Notes: generated by a model not told the origin, from the letters alone. A stretch of 63,762 nt of DNA, filler included, from Reclinomonas americana ATCC 50394 (GCA_048213135.1; 21 parts of 21 records of this genome joined end to end with filler, not necessarily neighbours in it); one strand, 5' to 3'; positions 18,855-32,600 are shown, numbered from the whole stretch's first letter. Program-made: numbers and translations.

Positions 18855-20214
18855 TCGACGTCGGTCGACCGCGTCATGTGGTTCATGGCATTCTCACACA
18901 CGGAGATGATGCGCGAGTCGGCCTCGTCGGCCACCTCCATCCACGAGTGCAGTAGGGGCAAGGCTGCGCGCAGGAAAGCTCGTGAGACACAGAATGGTTC
19001 ACAGGCAGCAGGGAAGGACTGCGCACCTTGTTCGCACACGCGATTGAATTGCTCACTGCATTGCGCCACCAGCGGCACGTCGCTCGAGTTGTCAAACTTG
19101 AGCGTCTTGGCGGCGTACACCATGTTGAGCGCCAGGCTGACCCAGTAGGCCACGCTGGCCACGCGGGTCAGGGCTGCGAGAGAGGGAGGGAGGGAGGGAG
19201 GGAGAGGGAGAGGGAGAGGGAGAGGGAGAGGGAGAGGGAGAGGGAGAGGGAGAGGGAGAGGGAGAGGGAGCTTTGAGCGGCGACGAATAAAATATTGAAG
19301 GTGGGGTAATGAAAAAACAACACCTTCCACGACATCGGCAATGCCAATCGCAGACTGCTTGTCCAATGTTTGTGGCGATGAGCTGGTGGTGGCACAGGGT
19401 CAGTCAGGAGTAGAGAGATATGCAGGGGAAGGAAGGGAAGGGGAAGGGAAGGAAACAGAAGGAAACAGAAGGAAACAGAAGGAAACAGAAGGCATCAGAA
19501 GGAAACAGAAGGAAACAGAGGGAAACAGAAGGAAACAGAAGGAAACAGAAGGAAACAGAAGGAAAAAGAAGGAAACGGAAGGAAACAGAAGGAAACAGAA
19601 GGAAACAGAAGGAAACAGAAGGAAAAAGAAAGAAGCAGAGGGAAACAGAAGGGAACAGAAGGAAACAGAAGGAAACAGAGGGAAACAGAAGGAAACAGAA
19701 GGAAACAGAAGGAAAAAGAAGGAAGCAGAAGGAAACAGAAGGAAATAGAAGGAAGCAGAAGGAAACAGAAGGCATCAGAAGGAAACAGAAGGAAACAGAA
19801 GGAAAAAGAAGGAAGCAGAAGGAAACAGAAGGAAACAGCAGGCATCAGAAGGAAACAGAAGGAAACAGAAGGAAACAGAAGGAAACAGAAAGGAAAAGAA
19901 GGAAGCAGAAGGAAAGAGAAGGAAACAGAAGGAAAGAGAAGGAAATGGGAAAGAGAAGACCGCTCAGGGATTAAGGAACAGAGACTGAAACTTGCTGAAT
20001 TCCACAATACATCACACGTCTCTCTCTCTCTCNNNNNNNNNNNNNNNNNNNNNNNNNNNNNNNNNNNNNNNNNNNNTTAATTAATTAANNNNNNNNNNNN
20101 NNNNNNNNNNNNNNNNNNNNNNNNNNNNNNNNCGGACCGTACCACGGGTACGGTTAAGGTAAACGAACGAAGAACGTAGAACTTACGTACTCGTACTACT
20201 ACAACTACACTACA

Positions 20215-20269
<55 letters not shown>

Positions 20270-23200
20270 CTCTGCTCTCAGTGTCCTCCTCTTCATTCCC
20301 TGCTCTCTCTTCTTCTCGGTTACCAACCTGGTAAACGCCTGCTCCAGCGGCGAGCCATACTGCCGCAGCATCTGCTCGCACTGTCGCAACAGGCGGACCC
20401 ACTCGCACTCCGCCAGCCACGCAAAGGCACGAGCTCCGTGTCGCGCGCGCTCCGTACCCTCCAGCAGGCGACGAATGTCCGACACAATCGGTGCCCACAC
20501 GGCGGCATCCCACTGCGCGAGTTCCTGCTCCAGTGCCGACTCGGTCTGCGTCGAGAGTGCGGGAGAAGCGTGAGGATCACCAATAAACATCATCAACCGA
20601 GGCGCGCCTCCAACAGTACCAGTGGTCCCTCACGCTCCGGCAGCAACGCCACCGACGCTGTGGTGATGCGCTCGAGCACCGACTCGCGCAACTGATGCAG
20701 CTTTTCCACAAACACTCGATCGTAGCCTCGGATCTGCAACTGATGAGCAGGTGGCGCACATACCAATAATGACATACACGATCACGCACCATGCGCGAGA
20801 CGGAGAGCGAAATGTGCAGCGCCTTGCGCCGACTGGCAAACTCCTCTGACCTCGCCACTAGCCACAATCGAATGTCGGCAATGTCGGACGGTGCACTCGG
20901 TGATTGGTGTGAGTTGATAATCTCTGCGCAGCGGATACGAATGAGCAGCAAAATGCGGTCACTTCTCTCGTCGTCATGCACGCAACTCTGCACTACCGGC
21001 AACAGAATGGCACTTCTGGAAGGCGCTCGCTGGGGCGCCGGCGCGGGTGCCGGTGCGGGTGCGGCGACAGGCTGTGGAGGAGGCGCGGCGGCCTTGGCGG
21101 CTGCCAGCGCGGCACGAGCTTCATTGAGCTGTGCGCGCAGCAACATGGCATCCTCCAGCCGGTCCTCCTCTTTGGCCAGATTGTACTCGCGCTCCACTGC
21201 TCGAATGGCAGTCTCCAGCTTGTCAAACGACAAGGCCGGCGCGGGCGCTGGTGGTGGGGGTGGAGGTGGCGGCGGAGGCGCAGCCGCGGCAGTGGGAGGA
21301 CGGGTGATGGTCGTCCACATGTCCAGCGCCTCGCTATAGCGACCCACGCGGACGAGCTCATAAAAGGCGCTGCAGGCATTGCGCACGCCGTAAAAGATGC
21401 ATTGCGGATCTGATACGGCGGCGAAACTCGTGCGGTAGGCTGGGCGAAAAAGGACACACATGAGTGACACACACTCACGACTCGCACCCTCTATTTCTAC
21501 GCATACCATTCATGTCAATCGCAGCGTCGACACTCTCCGCGCGTCCCACCAGCGGGTTATCAATGGTGGCAGTCTTCTTGGGAGGGTGAGCGGCAGCAGT
21601 ACTGTCGTGATGGCGGTTGACGGCTGGCGGTGATGGCGGCGGGAGGGGTGGGGACGGCGAGGAGGGCGAGGAGGGAGACGGGGGCGACACGGCCACGGAG
21701 AGGGTTGCGGCGGTAGTGGTGGTGATGGTGGGTGGTGCACCGCCGGGGGGTTTCTTGAGGATGGAGCCACGTGGGGCCGTGGGTGGGAGGTCCGGGGTGG
21801 AAGAGGACTGTGGAGGCAAAGGGTGGTGTTAGGGGAAGGGGAAGAGAAGGGGAAGGGGGAGGGGAAGGGGAAGCACAGAGGGAAGACATGCATCTGTCTC
21901 ACACGGTTCCCTCTTCGTTACTCTCTCTCAGAGAAGGAGACACGGACATGTTCTCACTGTGACTTCCTCTCCGTCGTACTCTGCGCCGTGGCATCTTTCT
22001 TCTTCTCTTTTGCTGAGACGGGGCATTGGAGGGAGCGTGCAAAGTCTCACTCTGGCTTGATCTGTGTCCTTGTCTCTCTGCGGCCCTCTCTGCACGACTC
22101 TCTGTGCATCCCTCTCACACGCGTGGGGAAAGTGCAGGGTACGGGAAGAGAGGCAGAGGTGACGGCCCTCTCTGGTCCCTCTGGCGCTCTGGCATTCTTT
22201 CCTCTTCTTATTTGCTGAGAGGGGGCATTGGAGGGAGCGTGCGCAGTCTCACTCTGCCTTATTCTGCACTCCCTGAGCCCCATTCCGCACGCGTCTTTGT
22301 GCATCCCTCTCACATGTGTGGGGAAAGTGCAGGGCAAAGAGAAGAGAGTCAGAGATGACACATACACATTCTCACTGCGCCTTATCTCCGTGCCCCTCTG
22401 CGTTCTGGCATTCTTTTCTATTTTCTATCGCTGAGAAGGGGAAATGGGGAGAGGAGACAATATACACACTCCCTCTGCTTCGCATACAGTGTCCTTGCTC
22501 TCTGTTTGCTTTCCCCTCAGCGGCCCTCTCTGCACTAACTCTCTGTGCATCCCTCCCACACGCGTGGGGAAAGGGACAGCGAATATAGTCAGAAGTGACA
22601 TACAAAATACGCTTACTCTGCCTTTCTCTGTTTCCCTCTGGGTCAACCTCCCTCTCTCTCCCCGACACACTCACCTCACCGGCCGTCGGCCACACCTCAT
22701 CCGGTCCGACATAGGGCGGCGCGTCGTGATACGTGTTGTGATCAAAGTCGAACTTGACGCGCGTGGCCACGTGCGAGGGACGCGGATCTGTACACTCACA
22801 CACGGTGAGCGGGCGTCCGACACCCCATTTCCACAAATGTGGGTGACACGCAACTGCTCAAGTACACGGCATTCCACTCGCGCACTTTCGGGTGCGCCTT
22901 GGGGGGCTCTGGAGCCGCGGCGGCGGTCAGGGATGCGCGCAGGCTCGACGCAGAAGGGAAACCCGACTTGCGCGATCCCGCTGGTGGTTTGGGAGCTTCG
23001 CGCACCTCCACTGCGCGGCAGGCATGGTGAGAACACAAGGTTAAAAAAGGGAGGTCGATCACATATCACACACCCTTTGGCGCAGGCGCGACGATTGTCG
23101 GTGGCGCAGGCACTGGAGCGGCGGCAAATTCGGCCCACTCGTCATCCGCGCCGGCGGTGGCCGGCGCTTGCACTGCTGGCGCCTGCTGTTGAGGAGGTGA

Positions 23201-26200
23201 CCACGAGAAGTCCATCTGCGAGGCGAATGTACTGTATACAGGCGACGCGGCAAGGGGATCGGGCGTCGGCGGCGTGAAGCAGTCGGCTGGATTGGGCGAA
23301 AAGTCGCTGCCAGAGTCGGCCATGACCACGGCCGCCACTTGTGGCACTTGCACCTTGACCTGCGGCGGACCTTTGGGTGCGGCGGGGGGCCAGGCGGGTG
23401 CTGCGACGGTGGTGGCCGCGTGTTCGCCCGCGGTGGTGTGATCGGCAAAGCTTTCCCATTCGTCGCCGTCGTCGTCGGCAGCGGCAGAGGCGGCGGCAAT
23501 GGGGGTGGCTGGAAGAGAGAAGGATGGAAGGGAAAGAGGAGAAGGGATGTGAGGGGAATGGATGCGAGGAAAAGGGGAAGGGGAAGAGGGAATGGGGTGT
23601 GAGCGGCGAGGAGAAGAGAAAAGACGAGAAGAGGAGTGCGGGAAGGAATGTGAGGGGACGAAGAAAGAGGAGAAGAATTCTCGAGGAAGGGAATGAGAGA
23701 AGGGGAGTGAAGAGAAGGCAACATGGGGCAGGGGATGAGGAGAAAATGATGCGGGGATGGGGAGTGAGGAAAGGAGAACGAGGAGCGAATTATGGGCGGT
23801 GAGAAGAATGACAGGAAACGAGAAGCGGGATGTGAGGAGAATGGGACTGTGAGAGCAGTGCGAGGAGAAGGAGATGCGGCATAAATGGAGTAAGGGAAAG
23901 GGGTGAGGTAAAGGAATAAAATGGAGTCGATCCGCATGAACCACAGAACAGACAATGAGTCGCATACGACAAAAAACTCACCTTGCACAGGCGCACTGAA
24001 GCCAAATGGATCAACGAGAGCAGCAGTCGCGTGCGATACGACAGGTGGATGCGCGACCGCGTGCATCGACTGCGGCAGCGGCGGCGGCGGTGGCGTCCAT
24101 TGCGGCGGTGCAGGTTGCGCAGCTGCCGGTGGCTGTTGTTCCTGCTGCGCCGGCTCGTCCTCTCCAAACAGGCGCTTGCCTGCAACATGAGAGGATGAGC
24201 AACCAACACATCATCGCACTCGCCTGTCAACGCACCCGCATTGAGGCTGCTGCGCAAGTCGGCCTCAAAGTTCGCCGCGGCCTTGGAGATGAGCTCGTTC
24301 ACGCTGAGCGATGAAGCTCCCGCCGGCTTGGCGGGTGGCGGATCGTGAACGTGGCGCTTCACGGTCACATGCGCGTGCTCCGTGCGCTGCAGCGCACCCA
24401 CTTGCTCGAGACGCACAGCACCGAGCGACACTTCCTCCTCCTTGACCAGCGACTCTTGCTGCGCCTTGCCGGGCACATAGAGCGGCTTGGGCAGGTCGTC
24501 GTCTTCGGAAACGGCAGCGGTGGGAGCGGCAGGTGGCGGTATGGGTAGAGAGGTGACGGGTGCTGGTGCTGGCGGAGCAGGAGGAGTGATGCGTTGTTGT
24601 TCTTGTTGTTGTTGTTGCTGTGGATCGGGGGCCACAGTGTCCGTCGCGCTGCGCGATGGTGAGGGAGAGTGAGGTCGAGCGTTGCACGTGCACATAGTAT
24701 GCGTGGACTGCACACCTCTGAAACTCCGAAAAATCGTCGTCATCGTCGTCAGTCGTTCTCGGCGCCATTGGCTGCACTGCGGGGGGTGCGATGGGTGGAG
24801 GAGCAGTGTAGGGTGGCATGGAGGGAGGTGGGCCGGTGGGGGGTGCGGCGTAGGGGTAGCCGTAGTGCGGGGCGGGGGGTGGTGGGTAGCCGTAGGGAGC
24901 GGGGGGCATCTAAAAGGGAAAGGGGGGGGGGGGAAGGGAGAGTAAAGGAAAGGGTGAGTGAAGGAAAGGGTGAGAATGAGACGGAGACATTCACAGTGGA
25001 GACGCAGAAAGACGCAGGAAGCTTAAGACAAACGAAAGGATGCGAAAGAGAGAAGCAAGAGGGAATGTCAGCATGGAGACGACGCATTTTCCCACAACGT
25101 CCACAATGATTGAGTGGAATAGAGAGAGAAGAGAGATTGAGAGGAAGGGAGAGGGAGCTGAGTCCAAACAAGGGCAGACAGAAACGGAGAGAGCAAGAGT
25201 AGCAGAGATAGTGCGAGATCAATGCAGAGAAAGCGAGGAAGACAGAGCCCTCGGAGACAAAAGAAAGATGGAAAATGAGACAAAACAAGGACAACACGAG
25301 AGAGAGAGAAAGAGGAAGAGGAAGAGTGAGGGAGAAAGAGTCCGCATCGAGTGTGAGAAGACGAAGAAGAAACAGTCAAAGAGAAGTGCAAGACAACGCG
25401 AGAGACAAACTGAGACGAGCGGGACGAGAGACAAGGAAGAGAAAGAAGGAGAGAGAGAGAGAAGGAGAGAGAAAGAGAGAGAGACGCGGAAGGAAGACAG
25501 AGAGAATGAATAGAAAGGGAAGGAAGAGAGAGAAGGAGAGGGAGAAAGAAAGAAAGAGAGAGAGAGAGAGAGGAGAGGCAACACACACACATCGGAAACA
25601 GAGGTCTCGTCGGGGTTGAAAAAAGCACACCACTACCCACGGCAACAAGCTCACCTCTGGAGCGCCCCACGTCCGCGGTGATGCCATCGGCGCAGCATGC
25701 TGATAGGCCTACAAAATGAGAGGTGAGCGATGAATGCACTGTGGCGCATGCGGGTCGAGCTTTACCTCCGGTGCGTGCATGGGCTGCGTTTATCAGAAAA
25801 AAGTGAGTGAAAGGAATACGTCAGACACACCGTCCTCTTTAACACACCTCTGCACCCCACGTGCGTGGCGAGGCCATTGGTGGCTGTGCGTGGTACCCGT
25901 GCGGCTGCCGCGAAGGTGTTAGAGAGCGACCTGTTGACACAGCTAATGCGGAGAAACAAACCGGCGGCACTCCGTAGGGAGCATGCAGCGGTGGAACCGC
26001 GGCGTATGGAGATTGCTGTGATGCGATGCACAGATCAGCACCTTTCAGTGACATGCATGAAGCCTTGTTCATCGCACCTCTGGCGGACGACCACCATACG
26101 CCGGAGCTGGTGGATAGCCGTGCATTGGCTGCAAAGATGCACATCGTCAGACGAAGAAGTGGAGAGGAAGACAAGCGATGGAGGAGACACGTACATCGAC

Positions 26201-27428
26201 GGGCGGATAATAGGGATGTGCGGAAGCGGCACCATACGGCTGTGGGGAAGAAGTGAGCGACTTGCACGGCGTTCCTCTTCCCAAGAATCGAACTCACATC
26301 TGGCGCACCCGCGCCGTACAATGGCGGCACGGGTGGCTGCTGCTGCGGGTGCGATGGATAGCTGGCGGCTGGTGGGTATCCAGCATGCGGCTGCGAGTGC
26401 ACCCAAACGAGTAAGTTTCCTCTTCCATACAGCAGTGCATGTGCCTGGACAAACATCTACGGAAACATCTACGGGTCGCGGAGCCGCTGGCTGTGGTGCC
26501 GGTGCCGGTGCAGCAGCAGCAGCAGGTGGCCTTGACGCTGCGGCGGCGGGAGCGGCTGGTTTCGCGGGCTGTGCGACAACACGTGAGTGGACGATGAGGA
26601 CACAGAATTGTCGCAGAAATGTCCGCACCGAGCTGAACATGGGTGGCGGGGCGGCATCGGCGCCCGACGATTGGAACGAGCTCCAGTCGTCGTCGTCGTC
26701 GCCCTTGTTGCCAGAGGAGGCGGCGGGTTTGCGGCCANNNNNNNNNNNNNNNNNNNNNNNNNNNNNNNNNNNNNNNNNNNNTTAATTAATTAANNNNNNN
26801 NNNNNNNNNNNNNNNNNNNNNNNNNNNNNNNNNNNNNGGGGAAGGGGATTTAGGGAAGGGATTTAGGGGAAGGGACGAAGAGGGAGGGATGGAAAGGTAG
26901 GGGACGATGAAGGTGAAGGAAACCGAGGTGATCAAAGGGAAGGAGATCCGGGGATAATGCAAGGATGAAACGATGGGGAAGGGTGACGAGAGAGTTCAAG
27001 TGGAATGGATACGACAATGGGGAAAGGCGATTAGCGATCGAGAGGAATCGCAGCGAGCGGCGGTGATCGAGAAAACGAAGCGAGATGGAGATCCAAGGCT
27101 GAGCGGCAGAGGCGAGATATGATACGCTTGAAGAGGGCACAGGAGGACACGATGTTCATCAACGTACAGTGCAGCGGGATGGAGATCCAAGGCTGAGCGG
27201 CAGAGGCGTGAAAATAAACGCTAGAATAGAGCACAGGAGGACAGGATGTTCATGAACGCGCAGTGCAGCGAGAATACAGGTCAGCAGAGAAGAGACTCAA
27301 AGCACTTGGGAGCTTGCAACACAGTGCAACAGTGCTTGACAACGTGCAACGAAGCATTGAGAACGAGGAATAAAGAGATACTGCTGATGCAAGCAGTGCA
27401 GTAGGAGACAACTGGCGCGACACTTGCT

Positions 27429-27462
<34 letters not shown>

Positions 27463-28058
27463 GAGGCGGGATGGAACAAGATGCACACGATCGCTGCGAA
27501 AGCATGAATGCAGTCTCGGGTAACCAGGAATCAAGCGACACTGCGGATGACGAGTGTCTCCCTGCGCCCTATCCCACTCGCGCAACATGAGCTTCGGTGC
27601 CGGCTGCTGCTGTGGAGGCGCAGGCGGTGGTGGCTGCTGCTGTTGCTGCTGATGTTGCATTGGCGGAGGCGGTGCGTATCCATACGGAGGAGCACCGTAC
27701 ATGCCACCAGGATACATGCCGGGTGGAGGAGGAGGAGGAGGAGCATATGCCGCACCAGGGTACATGCCGCCACCAGGTGGACCAGGGGCGTACATCTGTC
27801 AAGGGGAAAAGAGTGCAAATTGGCTATGAGTGAGAAAAGCGAATGAGAAAGGGGGCATGAGTGAGCTTCAAGGTGTGCGTGAGAGAGAGAAGGAGAGAGA
27901 GTGAGAGAAGAGAGAGGATGTGAGGCAAGGATAAGCCNNNNNNNNNNNNNNNNNNNNNNNNNNNNNNNNNNNNNNNNNNNNTTAATTAATTAANNNNNNN
28001 NNNNNNNNNNNNNNNNNNNNNNNNNNNNNNNNNNNNNTTACTCTCTCTCTCTCTCTCA

Positions 28059-28090
<32 letters not shown>

Positions 28091-28425
28091 ATGTGTGTGT
28101 GTGTGTGTGCAATCCTCACTGCAGTCACTCTCTCTCTCTCTCTCACAGACAATGAGCGCACCTGATGCGGATACTGCTGCTGCTGTTGAGGAGGAGGAGG
28201 ATACCCATAAGCTGCTCACACACAAAGTCAGTCAAAGAGAGAGAGAGAGAGAGTGAGAGAAAGAGAGAAGAGTTGTTGTTGACACGCGTTCGTAACGATG
28301 ATGATGATGGTACATTGGGTAAGCCCCGTATGGCGGTTGTTGTTGAGGAGGAGGCCCACCTGTGCAACATATGTGAGAGAGAGACAGAAGAGTGTGTGTG
28401 AGAGAGAGGCACGCGCGCAACTCAT
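18855..28425 (-). CDS. Large Pro/Tyr-rich protein with acidic WxxF/FxxF motifs and a UVR-like helical hairpin; possible clathrin-adaptor accessory protein
   Basis: Spliced start MSGPPPQQQPPYGAY; motifs DDDDDWSSF, DDDDDFSEF, DDGDEWESF, DDEWAEF; LETAIRAVEREYNLAKEEDRLEDAMLLRAQL; helical C-terminal exons. It crosses gaps and could be more than one gene. Confidence 0.6.
19440..19945. repeat. 10-bp intronic minisatellite GGAAACAGAA
   Basis: About 50 tandem copies with minor variants. Confidence 0.95.
21880..22600. repeat. Degenerate ~200-bp tandem triplication in an intron
   Basis: GGGCATTGGAGGGAGCGTGC at ~22021 and ~22223; TGTGCATCCCTC..ACA.G.GTGGGGAAAG at ~22103, ~22297 and ~22544. Confidence 0.8.
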
Positions 28426-28489
28426 TCGCTCGACGTCGACAATTCGTTGTTCAGTTGTCCTGTGCGTGAATATCAAGATGGATGGGGAG

Positions 28490-28905
28490 AGAGGTGGTTG
28501 AGGAGAAGGTGGATACGCGTTGTCCGTGTAAATGCTTGCATGCGTGGAGAGCGACGTGCAAGGAGGTGACTTGCATTTCGAACAAATCCAGTTTTTGACT
28601 TCGAAGGCGTTGGCCTGCTCGAATATGCTCGTAGATCGTGTGCGTGGGAAAGGAGTAGGTGAATACGCGCTGCTGTTGCGCCTTCATGTGCACAGAGACT
28701 TGCAAGGAGGTGCATTTCGAACAAATCCAGCTTCTGGGCTCGAAGTCGTTGGCATGTGTGAGGATACCTGGCGATCGTGCGGGTGGGCAAGGAGAAGGTG
28801 GATGCGCGTTATTAGTGCGCCTGCATGTGCACAGTGACGTGCAACGAGGTGACTTGCATTTCGAACAAATCCAGTTTTTGATTTCTGAGCTCGAGGTCGT
28901 TGATG
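28490..28905. repeat. Three diverged ~140-bp units in a divergent intergenic region
   Basis: CATTTCGAACAAATCCAG at 28574, 28713 and 28857 with conserved flanks. Confidence 0.85.
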
Positions 28906-29501
28906 CAGTGCCAGCACACACATTCCGGCTCCCGAAGCCGTAGTTGTGACTCCCTGTACTTAATAGCGAAGGGTACCTGTTGCCTATTAGAGCAATGGAG
29001 TCGTGATGCAACCCAAAAACCTGCATCCGAATTCGATTTCCCGAGCCGCAGAGCGTTCGTTAGTGCCGCTGCTTTCAAGACGAGCGGTTGTGAGAATGTT
29101 GTGCCTGTGGTCCATCAACAGCTTTTGCCGGCTTACTGGTGGTTGAATTTTGTTCGAATTCGACTTCGCGAATTGCAAAACAAATCCCATGCCGACACAT
29201 GGCCATCGCTCAATGAATAAAACAACTGACTTCTCCTATCAACCGGCTTCCGTAGCAGGAGGCACATGCCAACCAAGTGCTTGCTGCGGTTTTTCGCAAC
29301 GTCGAGGTTTTGATCACGCGCAAAATTCCACCTTTCTGCTCCCAAAACACTGGCCACGGCGAAGCAAATGCACAATTAATTTCTGCCATAGAACGGCCGG
29401 TAACACGCGCTGCAGTGCACAGAAACATAGCAACGTCGCGTGTGTCCTGCACGCTCATTTCTCCGCTCACACCTGCTTGAAGAGAAGAGAGACAGAGGCG
29501 A

Positions 29502-29617
29502 ATGAGTCGAGCAAGTGCACTTCTCGCTGTTGCGCTGCTCATTGTCGCGCTGAGCACTGCGTGTGCCGCGCAGTCGGGTGAGTGACATGGCCATTTTAGT
29601 GACACACTCACATAAAC

Positions 29618-29649
<32 letters not shown>

Positions 29650-32600
29650 CAGGAGAGAGATAAAGGGAGGAGAGCGAGTGAGTGTGTGTGAGAGAAGAAA
29701 AGCAAGCATGAAAATGTGAGTTTGTGTGATCACTTTGCACTGAGTGAGCATAACAGTGAGACACACACACATGCACTCTCTGTCTCTCTCTCTCTGTCAT
29801 GAACACATGCAAGTNNNNNNNNNNNNNNNNNNNNNNNNNNNNNNNNNNNNNNNNNNNNTTAATTAATTAANNNNNNNNNNNNNNNNNNNNNNNNNNNNNN
29901 NNNNNNNNNNNNNNCATGCAACGCAACTGGGGGTCATTGCCGACTTGAAATATTGATCATGTCATTGTCGAGAATGTTTGCATCTCGCGTCTAACAACTC
30001 TCATTTTCTCTCTCTCTTTCTCCTCTCCTGTCCACTCTCTCTCTCTCTCTCTCTCACGCACTCACTCTCTCACACGCATTCGCAGCATTCTCTCTCTCTC
30101 TCTTTTCTTGCCTCTCTTTCATTCCCTTGTCTCCCTTCCCTCCCTCACACATACGAAAGCCCTGCATTCCTTCACTTTGCGCACTCACCCCCCCCCCCGT
30201 CCTTTGCTCTCTCCCTCTTGTCTCTCTCCCTCTCTCTCTTTCTTTCTTTCTCTCTCTCTCACTCGCCCTTCTGTATCCCATCTCTTGCTCTCTCTCCCTC
30301 TCTCTTTCTCTCTATCACGCTCACTTCCTTATCTTCCTCCCTCTATCGCTGTCCTTCTTTTCCTTCTCTCCTTTCATTCCTTTTCCCTTTCCTTCCCTCC
30401 CTTCTCCCTTCCCTTCCTCCCTTCCTCCACCCCCTCTAGTCACCTTCTCTTCTCCTTTGTTTGTTTCTCCAGATGGACTCACGGTGAACACGCGCTCTGG
30501 ACCTATCCGCGGCTACATGCGCGATGGAGTGCGGCTGTTCTTGGGAGTGCCGTTTGCGCAGCCGCCGGTGGGAGATTTGCGGTGGGCGAACCCGGTGCGC
30601 GAGAATGCGTGGATGTCGGTGAGGGGTGAGTATGACAGCCGGAGGGGAGGAGGAGGAGGGAGAAGGGAATGAGAAATTAGAGACATCAAGGGAGATGGAC
30701 GAGATGGGTGAGGTCATGATTGGCACGTATGGAGAACGTGAAAAGAGGACCCAAGTGCTGAAAGCAGAATGCAGCATCGAGAGCAGGAGAGGGATCGACA
30801 GAAGCAAAGAAAGAACGAGTGACAGAATGAGACACATTCTGAGTGTGGGAGGGTGAGAGAGACTAGAGGGTGAGGTGAAGGCGGCAGAAGACGCAATGGA
30901 GGGTTGCGAGAGGCTGGCAAGTGAGTGGGACGGCAAGAGAGATAATGAGCACGTGTGTGAACGGCGAGAAACTCGGAGTCGGTGCTGAGATGACCTGACT
31001 GGGGTGACTGTTGGAGGAAAGAGCGAGGGAACAGCACGATTAGGGTTCTGAGTAATGCCCACGCAGATGCCACCCAATTCTCCGCCGGTTGCATGCAGGA
31101 TTGCGTGCTGCCGCCCAACACGTGCCCCCCGAGCATCTCCGAGGTATGTCTCTCTCTCTCTCTCTCGCTCTCTCTCTCTCTCTGTGCATGTGTGCGTGAG
31201 TGTGTCTGTCTGTGTCTGTCTGTCTGTCCGTCTGTCCTTCTCTCTCTGTCTGTCTCTCCCTCTGTCTCTCCCTCTGTCTCTTTCTCTGTCTCTCCCTCTG
31301 TCTCTCCCTCCCTCACCGTCCCCTCCCCCTCGCTCCCCGTATCTCTCTCTATTAGTCTTTCTCTTTCTCTCTGTCTATCTCTCTCTCTCTCTCCCTCCCN
31401 NNNNNNNNNNNNNNNNNNNNNNNNNNNNNNNNNNNNNNNNNNNTTAATTAATTAANNNNNNNNNNNNNNNNNNNNNNNNNNNNNNNNNNNNNNNNNNNNC
31501 GCTCTCCCCCTTCGCTCTTCCCCCTTCGCTCTCCCCTCCATCTCACCCATCTCTCCACCACTCAGTCACCGAGGACCTTGCTGGCGACTTTGGCACGGAG
31601 GACCAGCGCGAGGCCATGCGGGTGCGGTTCTCTCTCCCCACTTTCCCACTTTTCTCCACTCTCCTCTCACGCATCTCCCCGTGTCCGCAGTGGGTCCGAG
31701 ACAGCATCGCCAACTTTGGCGGCGACCCGAACAACATTACTCTGTTCGGCCAGTCAGCCGGCGGCACCTCTATTGCCGTGCACATGGCGTCAAACAAGAG
31801 CACTGTTTCGTCTCCTTCTCCACTCTCCTCTCTCATAACTTTGTCTCACCGCTGCTGTGCGCTCGCAGGGCCTATTCCACCGCGCCATTATCGAGAGCAA
31901 CCCGTTCGGCTTGCCGTTCAAGAACGTGAAGGAGAGCGTGCAGTTTGGTGGCGAATTCGCCAAGGTCATTGGCTGCGGCGATCGCGATGTGTCCTGCTTG
32001 CGCGGCCGCACCCCGGCGCAAGTGGTGACGGCACAAAAGGAGGCGAAGCACACGGACATTTTCAATGTGTTGTTGTGTGAGTTTTGGTTGCCGGCTTCAT
32101 GTTCCCTGTCCTCTCGCTGTGCTCTCCTTTCTCCCGCTGCTCTCTTTCTTTCGCTGTGCTCTCCTTCCCTCTCCTTCTTCTCTTCTTTCTCTTCCTTTCG
32201 CTGCTCTCTTCCTCTCGCTTCTCACTTCACCCTGTCCTTCCACCTCCCTCTCGCACAGCCGTGTACCGATGGGCCCCCACCGTCGGCCACGCTGACGTCC
32301 CGGAGCAGCCACTGGCCCTGTTCATGCGCGGCCACCTCGCCAACCCCGTGCCGCTCATGATTGGCACGGTCGCCGAGGAGGGCCTGATGTTTATCCACAT
32401 GGTCAGTGTGAATCACGGCCACGTTCCGATGATGTTTTGCTGAAGTGGTGTGGGTGGCAACAGGGTCTGGCCAAGCCGCTGCCATCGGTCGAGTACGACG
32501 CCATTCTTGGCCTGATTTTCAACGTCAAGGCCTTTGAGGTCCGCAACGAGTACCCAGCGCCGTCGAACACCACCGATTACCGCGGAGTCATGTCCACTGT

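Noticed and set aside
20133..20215. Unusual ACGT-cycling sequence at a contig edge (similar at 9169-9230 and 48475-48516)
   Set aside because: Looks like low-quality read-end noise next to microsatellites and gaps, probably from pyrosequencing.
28950..29480. Short ORFs in high-complexity intergenic DNA (also 45480-45900 and 55330-55990)
   Set aside because: No coherent spliced frame or recognisable motif; may be UTR, promoter or decayed sequence, so no call is supportable.
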